From Fimbriosthenelais zetlandica (taxonomy: Eukaryota): a stretch of DNA of 64,000 nt. The stretch lies in contig OZ365114.1 in NCBI GenBank assembly GCA_977030845.1, positions 25,296,001 through 25,360,000 of the forward strand, read 5' to 3'. Both the position numbers and the translations under genes were made by a program. How positions within the stretch are numbered: position 1 is the stretch's first letter; every line of letters starts with the position of its first letter. The notes under the pieces were generated by a model. It was given only the letters and a program-made list of their open reading frames with translations, was not told where the DNA came from and searched no databases. Shown here piece by piece: positions 47,648 through 58,600 of the stretch.

Positions 47648-48103
47648 TCACACTATATTCCTCCTGTAATGGCAGCTTGAGCACCAAAGCCAAAAAGGAA
47701 CCTGAAAGCACCAAGTAGATAAAAAAAACGGTCTTTTGAAAGCCTCTTTGAATTTGTGCCACCAGTCATATTGATGTATTACATTGGCATTGATTTGGAA
47801 ACTTTTCTTCAGTAAACCTCCATAGTCCCTTGTTTCTATGAGTGCTGCGACTTCATGGTCATCGTAACAAATTTCAAAATGGGCGTTAGAGACGAAGCGC
47901 TCGTAGAAGACATAGTCTCTTAAACACACGAACCCCACACCCACATGTTCCCGCTGGCTGGTTATATCGTTCCAATGTAACCAGTCCCGAAGACATCTGT
48001 TTACTTCTGGGACTGTTAACTTATCAACGTAATAGTACTTTGGCATGGCAGTAAAGACCTTTTGACGACCTTGGGACCTCACTTTTGCCTGCAGTTCTTG
48101 CAA
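47648..48103 (-). CDS. Unidentified 151-aa ORF in repeat-rich DNA, possibly a TE or viral fragment
   Basis: Long, compositionally protein-like, intronless ORF with no motif I recognise. Confidence 0.3.
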   Translation of the reverse strand: MQELQAKVRSQGRQKVFTAMPKYYYVDKLTVPEVNRCLRDWLHWNDITSQREHVGVGFVCLRDYVFYERFVSNAHFEICYDDHEVAALIETRDYGGLLKKSFQINANVIHQYDWWHKFKEAFKRPFFLSTWCFQVPFWLWCSSCHYRRNIV

Positions 48104-49439
48104 TCCTCTCTAGGTAGAAAATACCAAAAGAATGTGACTTTTTAAAGACGAGAGTTTTATAATTTAATGACTTTTAAGACGTTTAAAAGGATGCCAAATT
48201 CTTGGTATAAAGTTATTTTCCTATGTAGTTCTGACCTTAGATAAATGGTAACTATAAATTATAGGTGGCTGATGTCTCGGTGGCAAGAAATCAATCCCTA
48301 ACTGCCCCAGAATAAGAGATTCTTGAAGGCCATCTTGAGAAAGTATATGATGACACAGCATATTAATCCTATAGATGAACAATACTTGGGGTGGAATAAA
48401 TATCGGTACTTACTTTTCTTAAGGTTTTGCCTCGGACGATGTTTGTGGTACGTCCTCTGAATATATAAACAGCATTTCTAATAACGCAAGTTTCAGTTTA
48501 TTATTATTTATGATCAATATTATAAGATATTGCTTTAACTGTTGGAGTGCATCCAAGATATGAACTCTACCATTGGCCACTGCATGGCATGGGGAAATTT
48601 AGAATCGTGTGAGACTATTCCATTATTTTAGGCCTCTACCTTGTAGCTAATTTAGATAGCTTAAATTAACTTTTAAAATTGTGGCTATCATGAACGTGGG
48701 TACGAATACAATACTTGAATATATATATGTAAAAGAAAATTAATGAATAAAAAAACCAGCTCACAGTTTGTCTAAAGACACTTTCCATACTAAAATTTAT
48801 TCGTTTTAATTAAATTTAATTCTAAAATTTAAATGACTTTGTTAATTATCGATGAGAAAAATGACAAGCAGATTGTATCGAGACCGGCGTCGACTAGACC
48901 GCCTTTTTAAATTAATTAATTAATTAATTTTTAATTAACTATATTTCAACCCAACCAAGTCTTTGGGCTCCCAGCCCAGCCAGTAGCCTGCAGTACCAGA
49001 TCCCGCCACCAGGTGCTAATATAGGTACACTAAGCTCCACCAGGTGGCACACAAGTGACTGACCACTGCAGTCATTTACATGTATTGTATAGCCTACTTT
49101 TCTAATTAAAACCAATAGACCTAGGCCTATGTGTACTTGAAAAAAGTCTATGTGCAAAGGTAATTGGTTAAAAATAAAGTGGTGCTATTAATAAGGGCTG
49201 CAAAAAGAAATGTCTTTCACAAAATATATAGGCCTATGATTTAGCATTGTAATTCCCAATGGCAGATTCATAATTAATCCAAATGAATGAAAATATGAGA
49301 TTGGCGTATTATATATACTTTATTGTATTAAACCTACAATAAGCCTAAGCCTACAATAGGCCTACATTGATCCAGACCCCGACCCTTCTATAGGCCAACC
49401 TGCTTCACTTAGATCCCATGGATTCCCCTTTGATTATAA

Positions 49440-49549
49440 TGACGTCATACTTATTCAAAATCCCGCAATGCAGAGAGTCACGTGGTACATGTCTAGCCAA
49501 TCAGCGCGCCGCGCACTCGATCCCGGATCACAAACGAGGAAGCTAAATG
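49440..49549 (+). promoter_or_regulatory. Pol II promoter-like cluster plus first exon donor
   Basis: CRE TGACGTCA 49440-49447, E-box CACGTG 49479-49484, CCAAT box AGCCAATCAG 49495-49504, GC-rich gcgcgccgcgc, then donor ATG/GTGAGT at 49550. Confidence 0.6.
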
Positions 49550-52500
49550 GTGAGTTACTCTTCTAACTATTCCCGATTTACTTACTAAAACTGAATCAAG
49601 TGTGGCATCCTTCGGTGAGTCGTTACATAAGGTATCCAAGACCATTCTGGTCATAAATTAAGGACCGGTACTAAAGTTTTTAATACTTTTCCGAGCAATT
49701 TTCATCGGGAGTGTGGTTTCAAATGGCCCGCGTCCATACCTCGATCCCCATGATTGGTTAAACATTGCTGAGAATGAGCTACGATAAATTCCGAAATTAC
49801 GATAGTTTTCCAATATTTATAAGGCAAACAAGAACAAAACTTCCTAAAGTTCATGTATACATCGTTGAAAAACATGGGGAAGTCATAATTAGTTAATAAT
49901 TTGATGGTTTTTGGTCGGTTCCCGTTGTTGTTGCCATTGGATACGGCCTTGACACGGCGGGTTGACACCTATTTTTGGTTTTGGTTGTGATTGATCGCCA
50001 TTGCTTGAAGAATCTCCTATTCCCGTGCATTCAAGACCCAATTAAGTCATACTTTGTATATCATATGGCCACTGTGACTGATTAATCGTCGTTAAAGTCA
50101 AAATCCCACGTGCAGTCAACGACATATTGTATGTAATCCAACTCGCTGGAAGTTCTAGAAGCGTTCAACTCTCACTGACAGGTATATAAACACATTGAAA
50201 CCCACTTTAGACCACATTTCATTACATTTAACGCATTGAAAGGGTAAATATTGACTATGATGGCCATGAAATTCGTATATATAAGAATATTGGAGTGTCA
50301 GATGGAGTTGTAATTAAAGCATTGGTTTTGACAGTGAATGTTGTGACCCGACATGACCTATATTTATCTTGCGGTTTGTTATGGACTCCTGTCACTGACT
50401 TGCCAATTTCAGAGGAGGCCATTTTGAGAATGTTTTTATCCCATTTTGAATTAACTTGTTTTTAATTCAGTCTCGGAGGAGTTGTGACCGAGGGAGACAT
50501 TTAGCCTTTTAGATTTTGAGCCTCCTTTGAATTATTTCCTGCTCTTTATATATTTTACGGGCTGAGCTAGTATTTACCTCGGAGTTAATGTAAATTAAAA
50601 TGACTAAGCCTATTATTTATTATTTTTGAATATTTTTTTTCCATTTATATAATTATTTGTTCTCAATAAGTTTGGCCTACCATACATATAGTTGGCCTAT
50701 GAAAAGCCTACCTAAACTTATATTTAGAGTCCCGCTTATGTCCAGTCTTTAATTATTATAATATTAATTAAGTATTTTACTATATTAAATTATATTAATT
50801 ATTCCGATATTATATTTTCTAGGACTACGTTTGGGGTAACCACCTGTGAGATTGATTCAAGAACTACCGGTACTCCTAGCGTCTACTACACACACTACAG
50901 CTATCAACAAATCCTCTAGGTCGTGATCGAACCACATCATTACAAAAATAAGACAAAAATACGTAAGTAAATTCTATTTAATTGTGTGTGTTGGGTTTCT
51001 TGTGGCAGGCGGCTGTAATGCCTGCTAATTAATATGTCATGTGTTTTCTCTAAATGAGTCTAAAGTAGCACAGACCCATTCATGCAGCGCTCCAGGCCTG
51101 AAAGCTTTGAACACTTGTAAACATTAAATTATAGATATTTAAAAGAGAATGATGTCTCATTGATTGAACAGACCCATTGAGGGACGAATTGAAATTTAAT
51201 TTTAAGTTTGGATTTACTGTATTATACCTGAACATACCTGTATATTATTAGTCTGCGAGGTGAAGAAATATACAAGTACACATATTAAAATATTGAATGT
51301 CAGAAGCCGTCTTTAGCTCGACAAGTCTATTTAACAAAATAGAAAAGCAAGCAAAACACAAGCAAAATAGAGCCTACCCCTATTTTAAAATACCCATACA
51401 TACTGCAGACAATATATAATGTGTAGGCCTACTTGCATGGATGTTATCTCAATTTTTATTTAATTAAATGGATCGGGTTACGAAGTGTTCCATTTCCATG
51501 CAATTAAGGGTTAATATTTGGTAAATGATTAGTAAACTGTTGTACTAAAGTTGAGTTTTATCTAAAAGATTTCATTCACAACTATGAAGGTACAAATTGG
51601 CAAAAAAATCAAGATGCAAGGGTGGCACTATCCTCCCTAGACTTTTAAAGGTATTATTTCACAAACATTTAAAGGTATCATTTCACAATATTCTGTATTG
51701 TTTTTAAAAATTCAGTCAGGACTCTATGTAGCCTAGACCTATGGCAAATATGACATGTCTAAAAGCTGTAAAATAATGGAAAAAGGTTCTGAATATTTAT
51801 TGGAATTTCTTTTTGTTTACAAAAAAATAGATCTAAAAAAAATCAAACGAGTAGTAGAATTATGGGCCTTAAAAATAATTAGTTTTTTACCATAGGTTGT
51901 TTAGGTCAAGGAATGTTTGGTATATTTATGAATGTATAGTGATATATTCTCATCCATGACATTGAACGGGAGACAATGCGAGGTGCAGTGAGGACACCTA
52001 GTGACAGATTGTAGAACTGGGACCTGTTTTAGAAGTACCATTAGCAATCTCTAAGTCTATGGGGAATGTTTACGCTGATACATGCCCTTGGTCAGTCTGC
52101 TGAGGATACATGTGTACAATTCTATGTATAATAAAAGAGTCATAAGGTGGGAGGGCAATTAATACAGGTGAACCAGTCAAGTAGTCAAGCCAAAACAAAA
52201 TATACTTGTTTCTAAATATTTTTGTGCTGATAAGTTAGGGTAGGTCTGTTTTCAAGATCATTTTATTTTATTGTAAAATTGCTTTGAAACATCAGACACA
52301 TGTTCATAAATAATAAAATGACAGGAAGGGTTAGGGTTATAAATAAATTCTAGGGTCCAGGTTCGGAAAGGAATTATTTTATTAGATTTTAAACCTTCAT
52401 AAAAATTAATGTTTAGGTCCACACCATTTTCAAAGGAAAGATATCCAAGTTCTTATATTTTATGTTGACCAAGTATGGGTAAATATCTGAATATTTTTTA

Positions 52501-52689
52501 GTAATTTTCTTTGTTTTCTTCCACAGACAGGCGCCTGTCTGACCACCATCATCTGATGAGCATCTTAGTTTGGGTTCCGTGGAGAAATTGTGAATCAGAA
52601 AAACTTGGCATGGGTAAGTGTTCTTGGTTATAGTTTTAATAGAGGTATGTTATGGGTAGCCGAAATTGTTTCTGAGAAGGAGATGGAAT

Positions 52690-55250
52690 ACCAGGTATAT
52701 ATTGTGAAAAACTGTTTTGATTTTGATCTATTTAATATTTAATGTAGAATTTAATTTCAGTGCCAGTCACTATCAAGGATGACCGAAATGGTTTCTTGGA
52801 AGAAGGAGGAAGATGGAATTTCAAAACACCAGGTAGAATATTGGGAAATATTGTTTTGATTTTGATCTGTTTTATATTAAATTTAGAATTTATTTTCAGT
52901 GCATGTCACTATCAAGGATGTGGTTGCTGTCAGGAAAATGGTTGTGAAAAGGAGCAAGCAGATGGAATTTCAAAACACAAGGTAGATATTGGGAAATATT
53001 GTTTGGATTTTGATCTGCTTTATATTAAATGTAGAATTTAATTTCAGTGCCTCTCACTATGAATGAAGTAGTTGCTCAAAGGAAAATGGTTTCTGAAGAG
53101 GAGGAAGAAGATGGACTTTCAGAATACCAGGTAGATATTTGGAAAAACTGTTTGGATTTTGATCTGCTTTATATTAAATGTAGAATTTATTTTCAGCGCA
53201 TGTTACTATCAAGAATGGGGTGGCTGACCGAAATCGTTTTTGAGAACTAGGAAGAAGATGGAGTTTCAGAATACCAGGTAGATATTGGGAAAAACTGTTT
53301 TGATTTTGATCTGTTTTGTATTAAATGTAGAATTTATTTTCAGTGCATGTCACTATCAAGGATGTAGTTGCTGTCAGGAAAATGGTTTGTGGGAAGGAAG
53401 AAGAAGATGGAGTTTCAGAATACCAGATAGATATTGGGAAAAACTGATTTGATTGAGATCTGTTTAATATTAAATGTAGAATTTATTTTCAGTGCATGTC
53501 ACTATCAATGAGGTGGTTGCTGTCAAGAAAATGGTTTGTGAGAAGATGGGATTTCAGAATACCAGGTATATATATTGGGAAAAACTTTTGGATTTGCATC
53601 TGCTTTATATTAAATATAGAATTTAATTTCAGTGCCTCTCACTATCAAGGAAGTAGTTGCTCAAAGGAAAATGGTTTCTTAGGAGGAGGAAGAAGATGGA
53701 ATTTCTGAATACCAGGTAGATATTGGGAAAAACTGTTTTGATTTTGATCTATTTAATATTAAATGTAGAATTTAATTTCAGTGCCTCTCACTATGAATGA
53801 AGTGGTTGCTCAAAGGAAAATGATTTCTGAGGAGGAGGAAGAAGATGGAGTTTCAGAATACCAGGTAGATATTGGGAAAAACTGTTTGCATTTTGATCTG
53901 CTTTATATTAAATGTATAATATAATTTCAGTGCCTCTCACTATCAAGGAAGTGGTTGCTCAAAGGAAAATGATTTCTGAGGAGGAGGAAGAAGATACCAG
54001 GTAGATATTGGGAAAGATCGTTTTTATTTTGATCTGTTTAATATTAAATGTAGAATTTAATTTCAGCGCATGTCACCATCAAGGATGTGGTTACTGACCG
54101 AAATGGTTTCTGGGAAGGAGGAAGAAGATGGCATTTCAGAATACCAGGTAGATATTGGGAAAAACTGATTTAATTGAGATTTGTTTAATATTAAATGTAG
54201 AATTTATTTTCAGCACATGTCACTATCAAGAATGTGGTTGCTGTCAGGAAAATGGTTTGTGAGAAGGAAGAAGATGGAGTTTCAGAATACCAGGTATATT
54301 AGGAAAACCTTTTTGATTTTGATCTGTTTAATATTAAATGTAGAATTTATTTTCATTGCATGTCACTATCAAGGATGTGGCTGCTGTCAGGAAAATGGTT
54401 TATGAGAAGGAAGAAGATGGAGTTTCAGAATACCAGGTATATTGGGAAAAACTGATTTGATTGAGATTTGTTTCATATTAAATGTAGAATTTATTTTCAT
54501 TGCATGTCACTATCAAGAATGTGGTTGCTGTCAGGAAAATGGTTTGTGATAAAGAGGAAGAAGATGGGATTTCAGAATACCAGGTATATTGGGAAAAACT
54601 GATTTGATTTTGATCTGTTTAATATTAAATGTAGAATTTAATTTCAGCACATGTCACTATCAAGAATGTGGTTGATGACCGAAATGGTTTGTGAGAAGGA
54701 AGAAGAAGATGGGGTTTCAGAATACCAGGTAGATATTGGGAAAACTGTTTGGATTTTGATCTGTTTTATATTAAATGTAGAATTTATTTTCAGTGCCTCT
54801 CACTATCAAGGATGTGGTTGCTGTCAGGAAAATGGTTTGTGAGAAGGAAGAAGAAGAAGATGGAGTTTCAGAATACCAGGTATATTGGGCAAACTGTTAT
54901 GATTTTGATCTGTTTAAATATTAAATGTAGAATTTAATTTCAGCGCATGTCACCATCAAGGATGTGGTTACTGACCGAAATGGTTTCTGGGAAGTAGGAA
55001 GAAGATGGCATTGCAGAATACCAGGTAGATATTTGGAAAAACTGATTTGATTGAGATCTGTTTAATATTAAATGTAGAATTTATTTTCAGTGCATGTCAC
55101 TATCAAGGATGTGGTTGCTGTCAGGAAAATGGTTTGTGAGAAGGAAGAAGAAGATGGAGTTTCAGAATACAAGGTATATATTGAGAAAAATGTTTTGGAT
55201 TTAGATTTACTTTATATTAAATATAGAATTTAATTTCAGTGCCTCTCAAG
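52690..55250 (+). repeat. ~148-bp tandem array, about 17 units, each an exon-like (~83 nt) plus intron-like (~65 nt) module
   Basis: Unit: tttcag / tgc(a/c)tgtcactatcaaggatgtggttgctgtcaggaaaatggtt...gaagaagatggagtttcagaataccag / gtagatattgggaaaaactg...aaatgtagaattta. Starts at 52761, 52900, 53048, 53197, 53344, 53493, 53633, 53782, 53931, 54067, 54214 ... 55091. Confidence 0.92.
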
Positions 55251-56484
55251 CTTGATCTAGGATGTATTGTCAGAAGCTTCGCTTGGATTTAGGGCAACCT
55301 CGAGCCCAGTAATGTGAGATGGTGTCCTCCTACCTGGGGCAGAGTAGGAAATAAACATAGAGCTTGGACAAGAATGGGTAAGTTTTTCAACTGTTGAGAC
55401 TTTGCTGTGTTAAATTGTATTAATTGTCAGATTATTTCACTAATAGTTTAATCTTTTGCAGGATTGTGACGAGATGAAAGGCATTGAGCTATGTGTTTTC
55501 TACGTGTTTCTCAAAAGTCTTCCAAGTACATCTTCAAGAGAAGACTCAGCTTAGATGTGGTTTTCACAATACTGTGTAAAATTGGTGCCATGATTTATTC
55601 AGGTGGGAGAGGAGGGGTGATGTGAACTCTCGTCACATTAAAGGTAAGTAATGCATATCTATTATACTCTATTTAATCATTTGTGGATGCTAGCATGATC
55701 TGCTTGAAACGTGATGAAAATATTCAATGTTTCCTTTTCAAGATCTTGCTACGAATCAAGGAGAACTGATCCAGAAAACAAACTGAAATTGTGCAGTATA
55801 ATTTACTAATTACGGTGGAGGAGAGGAGATGGTGGTGGAGGAGGAATTGCTGTTACACTTTCTCACCATAGGCTATTAAAGTAAGTAATAGGTCAATCTC
55901 TAATGTTTTATGTAGTTGGAATCTTGCTAAAATTTTAGATGGTGTCTGTCTACAATTCTGAACCTTGCTCAATTTCACTTTTCCCAGAGCTGCTAAACAA
56001 CCTGCTGTGGCCCAAGAATGAACTGCCAAGGCTCAAGACTCGCACGCTGAGGTTCAAGGTGGATTCACACACTGAGGCCCAAAACTCGCACCCTGAATAT
56101 CAAGACTCGCACACCCAGGATCCACTCGGACATCAACAAAAGGGAAGTACATGATTTCTATTTGATATATGTGAAAAATCAAGTTCTTTTGAAACTCAAA
56201 TTATTATTTCAATCCGGAGAATAATTTATACTTATGATATCCTATGATATGTTGGTTAAAGTCGCCCGTTCTATTATCTTGTCCATTGTCTATAATCATA
56301 ATTATATTGTATTCTAGTTTTTCATAAAATGCCCCAAGATTATCGGACACCCAATCCATCACCCTTCCCCCATCCCACCCCTGACCCCACATATCCACTT
56401 TTTGCCCAAATTTGACGTTGATATTGATTTGATTGTCTAACGTGAAATGAAATCTATTATACATGTATATATTGTATATAATTA

Positions 56485-56775
56485 TTTGTTGTTTATATGT
56501 GCTATCTGTCTGTTATGTATTTCACTATTTGTCTTCCGTATAATGTTGTTATTGATTTTGCTATTGTTTTTCTTGTGTGTGTTTATATGTGCTATCTGTC
56601 TGTTTTGTGAATGGTGTATATATTAAGTATCATTTATTTCTTTGTATTTGTCTTCCGTATAATGTTGTTATTGATTTTGCTATTGTTTTTCTTGTGTGTG
56701 TTTATATGTGCTATCTGTCTGTTATGTGAATGGTGTATGTATTATGTATCATTTATTTGTTTGTATTTGTCTTCC
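56485..56775 (+). repeat. Degenerate T-rich tandem repeat, unit roughly 95-120 bp, 2-3 copies
   Basis: tgtttatatgtgctatctgtctg and tatttgtcttccgtataatgttg each recur three times. Confidence 0.8.
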
Positions 56776-57129
56776 ATTTAATATGTGCTGACTGTATGCC
56801 CTTGTTTTTGTAGTTATAATGTGAAGAAGAATATTCTACTTGTCTAGAAGGTGCCTCCAGAATAATTCAAATAATAATAATAAAAAAAGAAATGCAAGTA
56901 CGGACGGTTACTGGACCAGGAGCAGAGACGTTTCCAGACCACGGATATCAGCATCAGCACAAGTGAGACCAACCTTTCCATGGGGTATGTCTTCAAGATA
57001 TTTAAATGTCATTTTTTCTGAATGTCCCAGAACCCTTTTTTAAATTCCTGTAATATCCTGTTATTGGAAAATAATTCTTACTTTTTGCTCATTTACTAAA
57101 GTAGATGTTCTAAGGATTCAAATCTTTCC

Positions 57130-58600
57130 AGGATTTCCAGTCCGTCGGCTACTGAGAAGGAGGGAGGAAAGATTGGAGGAAAGTGGGGCGGAGGTGGGGG
57201 AAGAATAGAAACCCTCATTCTCCAAAGTTAAGGTATCTAGGCATTTTTTTAAATTTACATTTCATTTGTAAATCAAATATTATTTTCATTCCAATATTTG
57301 ACTATTTGGTGAGATGCTTACTTGAAAATTATTGAAGGAATTTAATGTAATTTTTCTTTTTCCCTATGGTAGGAGAAGTGGCGCAGAATACAAACTCTCA
57401 ACTTTTGCTGATTAATTTACTAAAGATGCGAGCAAATAAACGAAAAAGAAGTCAAACAACGACTGAGATGGAGGGTGGAAATATTGGAGGAAAGTGTGGT
57501 GGAGGCGGGGAAGAGGAGAAATCATCATTGTCCAAAGCAAAGGTAACTAGACATTTTATATAAATCTTCATAATTTGTGAATCTTATATTTTTTTTTACT
57601 CAAATGCTAGATCCTATCTTATCTAATCTCTTGTGGAATTTGGTGTGGTCTGCTTCAAACGTTATTAGATCAATTAAATCCTATCTCATCTAATCTCTTG
57701 TGCAGACATCGTCTGCTTGAAAAACAATGAACCAATTTAATTTAATGCTTGTTTTCCCCTACATTGAAGGAGAACTGGTGCAGAACACAAACTATCAACA
57801 TGTCCTGAAGATGGGCGAGCAATTAAATAAAAAAAATCCATCAGCGACTGAGAAGGAGAGAGGAAAGATTGGAAGAAAGTGGGGTGGAGGCAGGGGAAGA
57901 ATAGAAACAGTCATTCTCCAAAGCAAAGGTAACTCGACATTTTAAATATCTTATTTTCAATTTGTGATTGTAACATATTTTGTTGCTGAAAAGTGTAAAG
58001 TATTAACTAATGTCATTGTAAATCAAATTTCATTTTCATTCGGGTATTTTAATACTTGGTGGCATGCCATGTCCTATCTTATCTAATCTCTTGTGCAATT
58101 TGACATGATCTGCTTGAAAATAAATAAACAAATTTAATCTAATGTTTCTTTTTCTCTATTGAAGGAGGACTGGCGCACAATAAAAACTCACAACTCCTTC
58201 TGCATAACTTACTGAAGATGAGCTTGTAAATAAATATAAAAGAAACAACGCAAGAAGCGACAGAGAAGGATGGAGGAAAGTGGGGTGGTGGTGGGGGAAG
58301 AGGAGAAACCGTCATTCTCCAAAGCAAAGGTAACAAGACATTTTTATATTATATTTTTTCAATTTGTGATTGTAATATTTTTTTTCTCAAATGCTATAGA
58401 TCCTATCTCATCTTATTCTATCTCATTCAGTGTTTCTTTTTCCTTTTTGAAGGAGGACTGGCGCAGAATACAAACTCAACTTCTGCGGCATAATTTACTG
58501 AAGATGAGGTCTCAAATAAATGAAGAAGAAAGAAGATTGGGAAGGGTGGAGGAAAGACTGGTGTTGGTGGTGGGGAAAGAGTACATGAGTACCAAGGCCT
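57130..58600 (+). repeat. Diverged tandem array, 300-400-bp unit, about 5 copies, each with a purine-rich exon-like block ending aaag/gtaac
   Basis: ctgagaagga...gaaagtggggtggagg...gaaac.gtcattctccaaagcaaag/gta recurs near 57150, 57460, 57845, 58260 and partly 58530. Confidence 0.8.

Noticed and set aside
52833-55090. Array introns (~65 nt) as mirtrons or snoRNA hosts
   Set aside because: The intron 5' and 3' ends do not pair into a hairpin, and I saw no C/D or H/ACA boxes.
52690-55250. CRISPR-like array or coding repeat protein
   Set aside because: Eukaryotic context, no unique spacers, and neither spliced nor unspliced frames stay open across units.
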